Assembly (NCBI GenBank): GCA_045803545.1
Contig: JBJMOW010000004.1
Coordinates: 864,001 to 928,000 of the forward strand
DNA length: 64,000 bases
DNA from: Gemmatimonadaceae bacterium
GTDB taxonomy: Bacteria > Gemmatimonadota > Gemmatimonadetes > Gemmatimonadales > Gemmatimonadaceae
Reading direction: 5' to 3'
Position 1 is the first letter of the stretch; the number at the start of each line of letters is the position of its first letter. This document shows, piece after piece, positions 19,150-30,247 of the stretch. The notes below the pieces were generated by a model, which made no database searches, was not told the origin of the DNA, and saw only the letters and a list, made by a program, of their open reading frames with translations. The position numbers and the translations under genes are program-made.

Positions 19150-21161
19150 CTAGCGAGCCAAATCTCTCACCGTTGACGCCAGGGCGCGCACCTTCGCAGT
19201 ATCGCGCGAGCCGCCCGCATCGCTATCCAGCTGCGTAGCGAGTGAATTCAACGAGCTCGCACGACTGCCGGCCGAGGCTGATTCCGCCGCGGACAGCTGC
19301 GACCGCAGCGACGAGATTCTGGCGGATGCAAGTCCACCAGAGCGCTCGAGCTGATCGACGTACGCGCGCGCCAGGGCGAACGACGCCGGCCAGGTGAACT
19401 TCTGTTGCCCCTGGGTATTGTAGTAATCGAAGTGCACCGTCTTAGCAGCGTCGATCTCGTTCTGCGAGATGAACGCACTCGGCGCCAGCTCGAAGATGTC
19501 GAGGCCGCGCGTGATCTCGGAGCTCACGATCACACCGTTGTACCAGTAAGCCGACCACGAGCCACTTAGCTTCAGCGTGGTGTCAGCCGGACCGCGATCG
19601 AAGAACGCGATCTCACGCGGGTGCGCGGCGTCGGTCCAATCGAACACCGAGATGCCGCCCTGATACCAACCCTGCACCATAATGTCTCGGCCGGGAATCG
19701 GAATCAGCGAGCCGTTGTGCGCGACGCAGTTCTCGTTCTTGGTCTGCGGAGCAGGGAGCTTGTAGTAGCTCTGGAAATTCATCGCGCTGCCAGCGACGGT
19801 GAAGATCGCATCGGCGCCCCACTCGCGTGGATCCGTCGAACGGCACTTCGGCTGCATGCCGCCGCCCCATTCGTCGGAGAACAGAACCTTCGATCCATCG
19901 TTGTTGAACGTCGCTGAGTGCCAGTACGAGAAGTTGGAATCGGCTGCCGCATTCAGGCGGGTCGGATGTGCCGGATCGCTGATGTCGAGCAGGAGTCCGT
20001 AACCGCCGCACGCGCCACCGCCCCTACCGATCGCCGGGTAGAGCGTGATGTCATGGCACTGACTCGGTCCTTTACGCGGCGGTGGCGGACCGTTTGGATC
20101 CGCGCCGCCCACCATCTTGCGGATGATGTCGGGCAGACGCTTGCGCAATTCCGCGCTGTCTGCAGCCGTCGGAGCACCGGTGCCGCCGCGCTCCTTGACG
20201 ATCGCTGCCAGCTGGCCGTTCGCCCAGGAATCGGGGGCTATTTCTTCCTCACCGAAAATCACCGCAGTGTAGGCGCCGCGCGCCTTTGCCGCCGCGACCT
20301 CCTTCACCTTTTCTGCCTTGTCGGCACTCGTCTCGCCGTGTACCGGCGGGGCCGCGAGGCCAGTGAAGATGCGCGGCGATGACACGATCGCGGCCTGCTC
20401 CGGATGCGCGAGCGGAACCTTGATCACTTCGATGCGGAACAGCGCCGAGTTAGGATCCTTGTCCGGCGCCAGATCGACGCAGCCCGCGAGCTCGTTCGGC
20501 GACCGCACTGGCGCGGAGCCGGAGATATAGACGTAGACATTCTCCGGATCCTTCGGATCGACGAGCAACGAATGGGTGTGCGAGCCGCGGCAGGTCTGGA
20601 CGTTGCCGACCGGTTTTGGATTCGCGATGTCACTAATGTCGAAGATGCGGATGCCGCGCAGTCGAGCCTTGCTCACGGTGTCCTTGACGCCCTCGGCGCC
20701 GCAGTCGATGCGCGCGCCAAGGTCCTCGCCCGAGACGAAAAGCAGATTGCGATGACCGACACGTCGCTCTGCGACCCCGGACAGAAATACGCCGTTTTGA
20801 TTACCGGCTGTCGCGGATTCGAGATGTCCCACACCTGATAGCCGCTGAAGCTTCCCTGTAGGACGTAATTCCCTAGAAACGCCAGGTCGGAGTTTATGCC
20901 GGTGACGAACTTCTCGGACGGCTTCGTCTCCGACACCACTCTCAGATTCCAGATCGCTTCGGCGGCGTTGTACTCGCCGCCGCGAAGTCCGATGCGCGGG
21001 TCAGGAGTGGGTGCCGCAGTGGACATGTTGCCGGTGACTGTCGACGGCGCCGATGTCGACGGTGAATAACTCGTCGGCGCGCACGCGTAAGCGGTGATCG
21101 CGAGGGCAGCTGCCAGCGTCGGTAGGTGCAGCGACTGCCGGGTGGGAAGACTGAAGCTCAT
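19150..21161 (-). pseudogene. LVIVD-repeat lipoprotein, split by a 1-bp frameshift (real or sequencing error)
   Basis: ORF 20673..21161 (lipobox AYAC, NSDLAF, WDISNP, CPGSQSDVSV) continues in another frame as RNLLFVSGED (ORF 19150..20832; GIRIFDISD, CHDIT, CVAHNG); one added base at 20753/20754 joins them. Confidence 0.8.
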
Positions 21162-21217
21162 TTGAATTCCTCTGAACGTGAATGACGCGAGGGTGCGAAC
21201 TTTACTCCTGCAGCTCT

Positions 21218-21871
21218 CTATTGCGCCGGTGCTTCAAACACCATCGACGCCAGCATCTTCTGCATCCGCTCGATCTCAGTCGTCTGATCCGCGCTGATGT
21301 CGGATGCCATCTTGTAGACCGTGATGTCCTGAGCAGCTCCGCTGGTAGCGAACAGGCTGTTCACCATGCTGACTGCGCCCTGGTGGTGCTGGATCATGAA
21401 GACCAGGAACAACCGGTCGAACTCCCTACTGCGGGCTGCGTCGAGTTGTTTCAACTGGTCTTCGGTGAGCATCCCCGGCATCAGCATCTCGTGCTGCATG
21501 CCGCCCATGTCCATTGTCATGCCGTGTGGATTGGGTTCGGGCACCGGCTGATGACGATCGCGCAGCCATCTCTGCATGCCGACGATCTCGTCCTTCTGCG
21601 CGTTGGTGATTCGCTCGGTGAGCGTTCGGATGGTTGGGCTGGCGCCGTGTGAGTCAGCCCAGCTCGCCATCAATAGCGCTTGAGCGTGATGGGCGATCAT
21701 CCCATCCATGAATTCGATATCGGCTTTCGTGTAGACCGGCTGCGTCGTGTGAGACGCGATAGCTCGACCGCCCGCAGGCACCGGCAATGGCCCGCGATAT
21801 TCGCCGCGCTGACCGCTAGCACAGGCGCCTGCCGTGAGGGCGAGCGCAATGGTCGCCAGGTACTTTGTCAT
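21218..21871 (-). CDS. DUF305 family (ferritin-like) lipoprotein
   Basis: Lipobox AGAC; two MIxHHxxA..M repeats, Q..EI..M, Met/His-rich loop; ATG at 21871. Confidence 0.85.
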   Translation of the reverse strand: MTKYLATIALALTAGACASGQRGEYRGPLPVPAGGRAIASHTTQPVYTKADIEFMDGMIAHHAQALLMASWADSHGASPTIRTLTERITNAQKDEIVGMQRWLRDRHQPVPEPNPHGMTMDMGGMQHEMLMPGMLTEDQLKQLDAARSREFDRLFLVFMIQHHQGAVSMVNSLFATSGAAQDITVYKMASDISADQTTEIERMQKMLASMVFEAPAQ

Positions 21872-21984
21872 TGCACAGACAATAACGCTTCCCGGCGACA
21901 CTTGCACGCGGGAACCACTGTTCTCTGGCTAGCTCGCGCGCTGCGCTACTTAACTCCGATCAGGCGCGAAGCGCAGCGAATCCG

Positions 21985-22791
21985 TCAGCGCTGCGCGATG
22001 TGAACTCCGCCATTCGTGGTGACGACGCGCACCAGCGGTCCGCCTGAACCAAGTTGAGTCGAGATACGCCGACTCAGCGAGCCACGCACAGTGATCGGGA
22101 AATCCACGTGCATCCCGCCATTGGTCGTTCCCGTCTCCAGCATCGCGTTGTAGCCGCGCGGCACGTAAACCGTCGCGCCGCCATTCGTCGTCTGCAGATC
22201 GAGACCCTGGCCCTGCCACGTCGTTCCCGACAGATCCGCGGTCACCCCGCCATTGGTAGTGCGCGCGTGAACGTTGCCGGCGATGTCCGAGACATGGATG
22301 CCGCCGTTGGTCGCCTCGAAGGTTATCTCACCGCGAACGTTGTCGGCGGAGATGCCGCCATTCTCGGTGATCGCTTCGAGGTTCGTCTGCTTCGGCACAT
22401 AGACATCGTAACTAACCGACCACGACGTGTGATTCCGCATCGCTGGCCCCTCGGCCCTGATCTGACCGCCGTCGGTCAGGATGCGCACCTGACGCGCGAT
22501 GTCGCGCGCGGTTGCATCGTCATCGGCGTTCGCTTCGACTTTCGCAACGATCCTGACATCGCGTCGATCGGAGCCGAAGAACGCTGCTCCGCCGTTTGCT
22601 CCGCCGTCTACTGTGATTTTGGCAGTCGGCGCGACGGTAAGAGTGCGCACCTCGCAGAAACGAGCACGGTCGTTGTTCCAGCTGTGATCACAGTTGTCGC
22701 GCCAGCGTTCGGCGCGCTCGTCCGTTTGAGCGCTGCTGGTGGCGGCGGCGAAGGACCACAGAACGACAACGGTAAAGAGAAAGCGCTGCAT
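21985..22791 (-). CDS. DUF4097/putative adhesin beta-strand-repeat exported protein
   Basis: Signal peptide MQRFLFTVVVLW; repeated T(T/E)NGG(I/V) beta-helix units. Confidence 0.85.
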   Translation of the reverse strand: MQRFLFTVVVLWSFAAATSSAQTDERAERWRDNCDHSWNNDRARFCEVRTLTVAPTAKITVDGGANGGAAFFGSDRRDVRIVAKVEANADDDATARDIARQVRILTDGGQIRAEGPAMRNHTSWSVSYDVYVPKQTNLEAITENGGISADNVRGEITFEATNGGIHVSDIAGNVHARTTNGGVTADLSGTTWQGQGLDLQTTNGGATVYVPRGYNAMLETGTTNGGMHVDFPITVRGSLSRRISTQLGSGGPLVRVVTTNGGVHIAQR

Positions 22792-22851
22792 GGTCGGGTG
22801 TCCGGTTGAGGGCGTAATCTTTGGATGCACTACATCGATAAAGCGTTGAGC

Positions 22852-23835
22852 CTAGTAATCGCCACGATCCCGGCGACGAATGAGATCGTCGACGCTCAGG
22901 AGCCGGCCATAGGATGAGCGAAGCTGCCGCGCAAATCCGGCTGAGACTCCGTGGTCACGCATCCGTACGAAATCACGGATGCCGAGATTGGTATAGCCGA
23001 GATCCTTGAAATCTTCGATGAACGATTCAGTCACACCGTGATCACGCGCGGCCAGCAGCTGGTCGGGAGTCAAATTGGTGAAGCCGTAGCCACGAAGGGA
23101 CGCGATGAAATCCGGGGTGACGCCGTGGTCGCGGAGCTCTTGAAGATCATCCACTGAGAGATTCTTGTATCCGGCGTCGGTGAGACCGCGGATGAAGTCG
23201 TCGGATACTCCGTGATCGCGCAGAGTGACGAGCCGATAAGTATTACCAACCCGATATCCGGCCGCGTTCATCGACTTCAGGTAATCGAGGTTGGCACCGT
23301 GCATCCCCATGACGACGAGCTCGTCGACGGATGGACGCTGGTAACCCTGGCTCCGAAGCTCGTCGACCATCGCGTAGCCGACATCGTGCATTGCCAGCCA
23401 GAACTGCTGCTCAGTGGTCGGGCGCTCGTATCCGCGCGAAGCGAGCTGCTGTGGGAACCGCGAATCCGGCGCAAAGGTGAAGAAGCCCGTTCCGCGACCG
23501 CCGCGCAGCTCGCCCTCGAAGTTGAAAGTGCCGGCATCGCGTACCAGCTGAAACTTGGCCGGACCGCTGTAGGACGAGAGGTCGGACGGCAGTCCGCGCA
23601 GCTCTGATTGGCGCACACCGAAGGACGTCATGCCATTCCGGCGGCCGCCATTCTCGTAGTGCTCAAAAGAAAGCTGGACGCGATCGCGCGTCGGCTGGTA
23701 ATAGATCCGCCAAGTGCCCTGATCGGCGCTTTGCGCGCCTAGAATCGGGGCAGACACTGCCAGAAGCAGCAGAAAAAGCGCGGAAGGGAATTTGCGGACT
23801 GGATGGCCGGCACACATTCGAGTTAGTTGCGACAT
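22852..23835 (-). CDS. Exported protein with tandem ~35-aa (R)DHGV(S/T) helical repeats
   Basis: Signal-like segment; LVRDAGTFNFEG...GTGFFTF domain then repeats HDVG, HGAN, DHGVS, DHGVT, DHGVT, DHGVS; start uncertain. Confidence 0.75.
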   Translation of the reverse strand: MSQLTRMCAGHPVRKFPSALFLLLLAVSAPILGAQSADQGTWRIYYQPTRDRVQLSFEHYENGGRRNGMTSFGVRQSELRGLPSDLSSYSGPAKFQLVRDAGTFNFEGELRGGRGTGFFTFAPDSRFPQQLASRGYERPTTEQQFWLAMHDVGYAMVDELRSQGYQRPSVDELVVMGMHGANLDYLKSMNAAGYRVGNTYRLVTLRDHGVSDDFIRGLTDAGYKNLSVDDLQELRDHGVTPDFIASLRGYGFTNLTPDQLLAARDHGVTESFIEDFKDLGYTNLGIRDFVRMRDHGVSAGFARQLRSSYGRLLSVDDLIRRRDRGDY

Positions 23836-23924
23836 TGGAGCTCCAGAGCAGGTGGTGGGCGGCAGACGGCCCCTGCACTTGGATAAGACAGGGCTATGGA
23901 AGGTTTGAATCGGAGTAAGGATCG

Positions 23925-24734
23925 GTGACAGATATCATTAAACGCAACAATGTTCACGTGGTTGGGAACGGGACCCAGCCGATGCTTCTCGCGCATGGCT
24001 TCGGCTGCGACCAGAACATGTGGCGATTCATCGTACCAGCATTTTCCGACGACTATCGGATCGTGCTTTTCGATTACGTCGGCTCCGGCCATTCCGATCT
24101 GGGTGCCTATGACGCTGCTAGATACTCATCGCTCGAGGGCTACGCCGACGACGTTCTCGACATCTGTCACGCGCTCGACCTCCGCGACACGGTGTTCGTC
24201 GGCCACTCGGTCAGCAGCATGATCGGCGTAATGGCCGCGCAACGCGAGCCCGATCGGTTCGAGCGACTGATTTTGATCGGCCCATCGGCGCGCTACATCA
24301 ACGACCCGCCCTACGTCGGCGGCTTCGAGCGCTCGGATATCGAAGGTTTGCTCGAAACGATGGAGAAGAATTACATCGGTTGGGCCAATTTCCTGGGTCC
24401 CGTTGTGATGCAGAACCCGGATCGCCCGGAGTTGACGGCGGAGCTGACGGAAAGCTTCTGCTCCACCGATCCGGTAATCGCGCGTAGATTCGCCGAGGCG
24501 ACTTTCCTGGCGGACAATCGGTCGGACCTCGCCGGGCTGAAGGTGCCGGCGCTCGTTCTTCAGTGCTCCGACGATCTCATCGCTCCCCGCTCGGTTGGCG
24601 ACTTCGTCCATCAGTCCCTACCCAATAGTACTTTTCAGCAAATGAAGGCGACCGGACACTGCCCGCATCTGAGTCATCCCGACGAAACGATTCAGCTTAT
24701 GCGTGAATATCTGCAAGCGCCTGTCACTGTCTGA
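23925..24734 (+). CDS. rsbQ: RsbQ-like alpha/beta hydrolase (KAI2/D14-related)
   Basis: IIKRNNV, AHGFGCDQNMWR, GHSVS nucleophile, FCSTDP, GHCPHLS; AGGA RBS before GTG. Confidence 0.88.
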   Translation: MTDIIKRNNVHVVGNGTQPMLLAHGFGCDQNMWRFIVPAFSDDYRIVLFDYVGSGHSDLGAYDAARYSSLEGYADDVLDICHALDLRDTVFVGHSVSSMIGVMAAQREPDRFERLILIGPSARYINDPPYVGGFERSDIEGLLETMEKNYIGWANFLGPVVMQNPDRPELTAELTESFCSTDPVIARRFAEATFLADNRSDLAGLKVPALVLQCSDDLIAPRSVGDFVHQSLPNSTFQQMKATGHCPHLSHPDETIQLMREYLQAPVTV

Positions 24735-24771
24735 GTCTCGGTGCGGTGACCTCGGCGCCGGATAGAAGCTG

Positions 24772-25956
24772 ATGGACGACGTGATGGAAGGCTTGATCGA
24801 GCGAATTCCATGCGGTTTCCTCTCGTTCACCGACGACGGCCAGGTTAAGCAGGTCAACACGCGGTTACTGGAACGGCTCGGCTACCGGCGTGAGGAGGTC
24901 GAAGGCCGTCCGTTCGAGTCGCTGATGAATGTCGGCAGCCGCATCTTCTACCAGACGCATCTCTTCCCGCTTATCGCCATGCAAGGGCGCGCGGACGAAA
25001 TCTTCCTGCTGCTGAAAGCGGCGAACGGAGAGGACGTCGGGTTCCTTCTCAATGCCGTCCGTCACGAGGGCGACGGTGTCGCCATCAATGATTGCGCGCT
25101 GATGCGCGTCGAGGAGCGCAGGAAGTTCGAGGACGCGCTGGTGCGCGCGAGGAAAACCGCCGAGGCGGCGCAGCAGGAATTGGAGCAGGCGAATCGGCGC
25201 TACGAAGAGCAAGCAGTGGAGCTCGAGCTACAGCAAGAGGAGCTCGAAAGCCAGCGCAAAATTGCCGACGAAGCGAACCAGGCGAAGAGCAAATTCCTGG
25301 CGGTCATGAGTCACGAGCTGCGCACGCCTTTGAACGCGATTGGCGGCTACACCCAGCTCATCGAGATGGGTGTGCATGGTCCATTGACCGAGGATCAGCG
25401 GACCGCACTCGATCGCATCAGCCGCAGTCAAAAGCATTTGCTGCGGTTGATCAACGACGTGCTCAATCTCTCTCGCATTGAAGCAGGAAGGCTCGACTAC
25501 AGAATCACTAACGTGCCGTTGCCTGAAGTCGTGAAAACCGTGTTGCCGATGGTCGAGCCGCAGTTGGCGGCGAAAGGCATCGCGTCGCGCATCGTTCTCA
25601 ACGAAGCGGCGGTCGTCCGCGCCGATCGAGAAAAGCTCGAGCAGATCACGCTGAATCTGTTGACTAACGCCGCGAAGTTTACGCCGGCGGGTGGCAGCGT
25701 CACCGTTCGCGTGAGCAGCAACGCCGATCGTAAGGTATGCCTCGATGTCGAGGACACCGGTATCGGAATCTCACCGGAGATGCAGAGGGACATTTTCGAG
25801 CCGTTCATTCAGGTGAATGCGGACAGCCGAACCGAAGGATCCGGCCTCGGTCTCGCGATCAGTCGCGAGCTCGCACGCGGGATGGACGCCGAGCTGACCG
25901 TGAAGAGCGTGCCCGGTCAGGGAAGCGTGTTCACGGTGCAATTACAGCCGGGTTGA
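24772..25956 (+). CDS. Cytoplasmic PAS sensor histidine kinase (RsbP-type PAS)
   Basis: PCGFLS...RIFYQTHLFPL PAS, coiled coil, SHELRTPLN H-box, NLLTNAAKF, DTGIGI, GSGLGL. Confidence 0.92.
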   Translation: MDDVMEGLIERIPCGFLSFTDDGQVKQVNTRLLERLGYRREEVEGRPFESLMNVGSRIFYQTHLFPLIAMQGRADEIFLLLKAANGEDVGFLLNAVRHEGDGVAINDCALMRVEERRKFEDALVRARKTAEAAQQELEQANRRYEEQAVELELQQEELESQRKIADEANQAKSKFLAVMSHELRTPLNAIGGYTQLIEMGVHGPLTEDQRTALDRISRSQKHLLRLINDVLNLSRIEAGRLDYRITNVPLPEVVKTVLPMVEPQLAAKGIASRIVLNEAAVVRADREKLEQITLNLLTNAAKFTPAGGSVTVRVSSNADRKVCLDVEDTGIGISPEMQRDIFEPFIQVNADSRTEGSGLGLAISRELARGMDAELTVKSVPGQGSVFTVQLQPG

Positions 25957-26077
25957 GCCAGCTCATGCCGCAGCCGGCGTGCTGAATCGCGCAGCCAGCG
26001 GTCTCCGCGCGCGGATCGATTGCGCAAAGCGGAACCCGCGCCCACTATAACTGTCCTTCGCCTTCCACAGGTTACTT

Positions 26078-26665
26078 ATGAAGCTCTCACATCTAGCGAT
26101 TGTGGCCCTCCTCGCGCCGGTCGCACTCGCCGCCCAGAGCCCTCCGGGCGCAGCGCCCGCCAATCCCATCGCTACCACTTTCCGCAACAGAATCTCCGCG
26201 TTGCACCGCAACATCGCTCAGGCGTTCGATTCCATTCCCGAATCGAAGTTCAGTTATAAGCCGACGCCCGCTCAGCTCAGCATCGGCTACATCGCGCAGC
26301 ACATCGCCGACGACGACTACTTTTTCTGCAACAACTTCAGCGCGGCGAAGGGAACCCGCGCCGCCGAGGACACCGCCACGGCGGATTCGGTCAAAGCAAC
26401 CTGGCCCAAGGCAAAACTGGTTGCCCAGCTGAAGCAATCCTTTGCTTTCTGCGATCAGGCGATCGCCCAAGTGGACGACGCAAAGCTCGCCGAGTCGATA
26501 ACGATGACTTTTCGCGGTAACTCCCGATCGGTCCCACGCGCGGCAATGGTGCTCGGTCACGCGCAGGATCTGGCCGATCACTACAGCCAGCTCGCGAATT
26601 ACATGCGCTTGAACAACATGCTGCCACCGACGGCGCTGCCGAGACCGCAGCCAGCGGGGAACTAG
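26078..26665 (+). CDS. DinB family protein with signal peptide
   Basis: [16 protein letters not shown]...DHYSQL..Y.RL. Confidence 0.8.
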   Translation: MKLSHLAIVALLAPVALAAQSPPGAAPANPIATTFRNRISALHRNIAQAFDSIPESKFSYKPTPAQLSIGYIAQHIADDDYFFCNNFSAAKGTRAAEDTATADSVKATWPKAKLVAQLKQSFAFCDQAIAQVDDAKLAESITMTFRGNSRSVPRAAMVLGHAQDLADHYSQLANYMRLNNMLPPTALPRPQPAGN

Positions 26666-28305
26666 CCGCCGAAAAGTTTCTTCAGGATTTGCTGCGCCTC
26701 ATCCTGAATTCGCTTCAGGTGATCGGCGCTGCGGAAGGATTCGGCGTAGAGCTTGTAGATCTCCTCGGTTCCTGACGGGCGGGCGGCGAACCAGCCGCCT
26801 TCGCTCGTCACTTTGATGCCGCCGATCGGATCGGTGGTGCCCGGCGCGTTATTGAATACGCCGCTGATCTTCTCGCCGGCGAGGTCCTTGATGGTGATGT
26901 CCGACGGCTTGAGCGCCGACAGAACCTTCTTCTGCTGCGCATTCGCCGCGGCATCGATGCGCGCGTACCAGAGCTGGCCGTAATTGCTAGCCAGATCCTT
27001 GTATAGCTCGCCGGGATCCTTGTCCATCACCGCGGTGATCTCGGCGGCGAGCAGTCCCATGATCAGCCCGTCCTTATCCGTGGTCCAGCAATTCCCGTCG
27101 CGACGCACAAACGACGCGCCCGCGCTCTCCTCGCCGCCGAACCCGAGTGTGCGATTGAGCAAGCCATCGACGAACCACTTGAAACCAACCGGAACTTCGC
27201 GCAGTGGCCGATTGAGCCCTTTCGCCACTCGCGCAATCATGTCGCTGCTCACGACTGTTTTTCCGACACCGGCAGTCAGCGGCCAATCCGGCCGATGGGT
27301 GAACAGATATGAAATCGCTACAGCGAGATAGTCATTTGGCGGTAAGAGCCCCTCGCTTTTCGCGACGATGCCATGCCGATCGTGGTCCGGATCACAAGCC
27401 CATGCCACGTCAAATCTGTCCCGCATCGCAATCAGTCGCGCCATCGCATACGGTGACGAGCAATCCATTCTGATCTTGCCGTCCCAATCAACGGTCATGA
27501 ATCGGAACGTCGGATCAACCACCTCGCTCACCACCGTCAGCGGAATCCTGTATCGCTCGGCGATGGCGTCCCAGTAACGCACACCGGCGCCGCCGAGTGG
27601 ATCGACGGCGAGCTTGAGATTGGAGCTGCGAATCGGATCGAAATCGATGACCTGGCCAAGGTCGCCGACGTAGCGATCGATGTAATCGTGACGGTGCGTT
27701 GTATCCGCCGACTGCGCGCGCGCCAGCGGAATTCGGCGCACGTCTTTCAAACCGCCAGCGATAATTTCGTTTGCCTTGTCCTGAATCCACTTCGTCGTCG
27801 CGGAGTCCGCCGGCCCACCACTCGGCGGATCGTACTTGAAGCCGCCGTCGTCGGGTGGATTGTGTGATGGGGTAATCACGATGCCGTCGGCCAGCGCTTC
27901 GCTTCTGCCTTTGTTGTAGGTGAGGATAGCATGCGAGATGACGGGCGTCGGCGTCCATTCATCACGCGAATCGATCATGGTTTCGACTTCGTTCGCTGCG
28001 AGCACCTCGAGCGCGGATGCGAACGCCGGTTCGGATAACGCGTGGGTGTCGAAGCCCATGAACAGCGGGCCATTGATGCCCTGCGCTTTGCGATGAATAC
28101 AGATCGCCTGGGTGATAGCTACGATGTGGGCTTCGTTGAAGGATCCGGCCGTGGAAGTGCCGCGATGTCCCGAGGTTCCGAACGCGACTCGTTGGGCGGG
28201 ATTATCCGGATCCGGCGCGATCGAGTAATAGTTCGTGACGAGCCGCGGAACGTTGGTGAGGATCGATTCCGGCGCTGGCTTTCCGGCGAGTGGGCTGATT
28301 TTCAT
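26662..28305 (-). CDS. pgm: Phosphoglucomutase (alpha-D-glucose-1,6-bisphosphate-dependent)
   Basis: [14 protein letters not shown] phospho-Ser, DPDHDR metal loop, GEESAG, RPSGTE. Confidence 0.96.
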   Translation of the reverse strand: MKISPLAGKPAPESILTNVPRLVTNYYSIAPDPDNPAQRVAFGTSGHRGTSTAGSFNEAHIVAITQAICIHRKAQGINGPLFMGFDTHALSEPAFASALEVLAANEVETMIDSRDEWTPTPVISHAILTYNKGRSEALADGIVITPSHNPPDDGGFKYDPPSGGPADSATTKWIQDKANEIIAGGLKDVRRIPLARAQSADTTHRHDYIDRYVGDLGQVIDFDPIRSSNLKLAVDPLGGAGVRYWDAIAERYRIPLTVVSEVVDPTFRFMTVDWDGKIRMDCSSPYAMARLIAMRDRFDVAWACDPDHDRHGIVAKSEGLLPPNDYLAVAISYLFTHRPDWPLTAGVGKTVVSSDMIARVAKGLNRPLREVPVGFKWFVDGLLNRTLGFGGEESAGASFVRRDGNCWTTDKDGLIMGLLAAEITAVMDKDPGELYKDLASNYGQLWYARIDAAANAQQKKVLSALKPSDITIKDLAGEKISGVFNNAPGTTDPIGGIKVTSEGGWFAARPSGTEEIYKLYAESFRSADHLKRIQDEAQQILKKLFGG

Positions 28306-28318
28306 CGTGTGAAGAAGT

Positions 28319-29407
28319 CTAACTCTCCTTCGCAGACTGCAAGCCAGAAAGCTCAGCGACCAGAGAGCTGAGGAATGTCTGCAGGTTGGTGCGGCGCGCG
28401 AGGTTGGCGCTCTGTCCCGCCCACATCTGAACTAAATCGGCGCGTCCGGCTGATTCCGCTGGACCGGTTACGCTTTTTGTCAGCTGACGTTGCAGTGGAT
28501 AAGGAAGAAGCGACGTGCCCGGTTTGCTCAACTCGTCCATTAGGCGATTTCTGATTCCACGGGCGAGCCTTCCCGTGAAGCCTCGGGTGAGCGCGGTCTC
28601 GACGTTCCCCTCGAGCAACGTGTGGCGGTGCAGCTCGGTCGCGCCTGATTCCTCGAACGTCAGGAAAGCGGTTCCCATCTGAACGCCTTCCGCGCCGGCT
28701 GCGAAGGCGTCGGTGACACCGCGCGCGTCGCCGATTCCTCCCGCGGCAATGACCGGCACTTTGACAACTGCGACTATTTGTTCGACGAGCGAAACCGTAC
28801 CGATCAGTGATTCCTCGGCCGGCCGGAGAAACGAGCCGCGATGACCGCCGCCCTCGAGCCCGGACGCAACAATCACATCGATCCCAGCTTCCTCGAGTGC
28901 GATCGCTTCATCCGGCGTCGTCGCTGTGCCAATCGTAACGATGTTCCTGGCTCGGCATTCTTCCAGAATCTCGCTGGGCGGAACGCTGAAGACGAAGCTA
29001 AGAATCGGAACCTTAGCGTCGAGCACCGCTCGAACCTGGTCGGCGAATCTGGGCGGTGGGGCGAACGGCTTGTACGCTGGGCGCGGCGCGCCGATTTCAT
29101 CTATATATGCTAGGAGCGGAGCGAGAGCGTTGCGGAAATCGCTTTCGCTCGATTGACGCGCGCCTTCGTCTTCCATCGTGATCCACAGGTTCACCGCGAA
29201 CGGTCTCGATGTCAGTGCGCGAATCTCGTCGATCACATCACGGATTCCAGTCGGTTCAAGACTGAGCGCGCCGAAGCATCCCAGTCCACCGAAATTCGAG
29301 ACGCCTGCTACGAGTCTTTGCGATGCAAGACCGCCCAAGGGGCCTTGGATGATCGGGTAGTCGACGCCGAGTTGTGCTGTCAGCCGGTTCTGCCTCCAGT
29401 CAGGCAT
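28319..29407 (-). CDS. Nitronate monooxygenase family flavoprotein
   Basis: [40 protein letters not shown]. Confidence 0.88.
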   Translation of the reverse strand: MPDWRQNRLTAQLGVDYPIIQGPLGGLASQRLVAGVSNFGGLGCFGALSLEPTGIRDVIDEIRALTSRPFAVNLWITMEDEGARQSSESDFRNALAPLLAYIDEIGAPRPAYKPFAPPPRFADQVRAVLDAKVPILSFVFSVPPSEILEECRARNIVTIGTATTPDEAIALEEAGIDVIVASGLEGGGHRGSFLRPAEESLIGTVSLVEQIVAVVKVPVIAAGGIGDARGVTDAFAAGAEGVQMGTAFLTFEESGATELHRHTLLEGNVETALTRGFTGRLARGIRNRLMDELSKPGTSLLPYPLQRQLTKSVTGPAESAGRADLVQMWAGQSANLARRTNLQTFLSSLVAELSGLQSAKES

Positions 29408-29436
29408 CAGGCAACAACCCGGTCATCCAGGGATCG

Positions 29437-30018
29437 CTAATGCTCGCGGACGTAGTTGAGGCCCACGACTCCGCTGGGATACGGCTTCGCCGATTCCAGT
29501 TTGAATGTCTGGTACATCCCTTCTGGCATCACCCGCTTCCCGCCGCCCAACACAACCGGATAAACGAGCAAATGGAGCTCGTCGACGAGATCATCCTCGA
29601 GCATTGCGTGGACGAGCTGACTGCTGCCGTCGGTGAAGATATTTTTGCCCGGCTGCTGCTTGAGCTCGCGAATCGCCTGCATCGGATTGTCGCGAATGAT
29701 GACGGTGTTGCGCCAGACGGGTTTGTCGAGCGTCTTCGACACGACGTAGTGCGTCGGCGCGTTCATCAGATCCCCGAAGAAGTCGCCTCTGGGGAGCGGC
29801 TCGAAGGCCGTCGCGTGCAAGAGGTAGGTGCGGCGTCCGAGCAAAAACGCATCGGTGTCTTTCATCGCTGCCGCGAAGCTGGCGCCGATGTCATCGTGCC
29901 AGTACGACCACGTCCAGCCACCGTGCTTGAATCCGTCATCGGTGTCTTCGTCCTTTCCGCCCGGCGCCTGCATCACGCCGTCAAGCGAGACGAATTCAGA
30001 AACAATCAGCTTTCTCAT
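29437..30018 (-). CDS. Dihydrofolate reductase-like (RibD C-terminal) protein
   Basis: SLDGV, LLGRRTY, GSSQLV, LVDELHL..YP...GGGK. Confidence 0.88.
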   Translation of the reverse strand: MRKLIVSEFVSLDGVMQAPGGKDEDTDDGFKHGGWTWSYWHDDIGASFAAAMKDTDAFLLGRRTYLLHATAFEPLPRGDFFGDLMNAPTHYVVSKTLDKPVWRNTVIIRDNPMQAIRELKQQPGKNIFTDGSSQLVHAMLEDDLVDELHLLVYPVVLGGGKRVMPEGMYQTFKLESAKPYPSGVVGLNYVREH

Positions 30019-30103
30019 TGTGTTCGTCCGTTTTTAGTTGGTCCTGGATAGGCGACGAATGCAGGTGCCTGATTTCGACACGCCAACAAAAGCTGGACAG
30101 TTA

Positions 30104-30247
30104 GCAGAGTGCTCAGGTGCGCAGGGGACAGCTACGATATTGGCATTCTGACTTAGGCTCGCTCAAGCCCCACATTCATACGCTGCAAACTTCGACCTGA
30201 GCGCTCTGCACCCCGCCCACCTTTAGTTCAGTCCTCAGTCCTCAATC
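30104..30247. repeat. 15-bp inverted repeat plus (CAGTCCT)n heptamer remnant
   Basis: GCAGAGTGCTCAGGT (30104-30118) versus ACCTGAGCGCTCTGC (30195-30209), one mismatch; then TTCAGTCCTCAGTCCTCAATCC. Confidence 0.55.
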
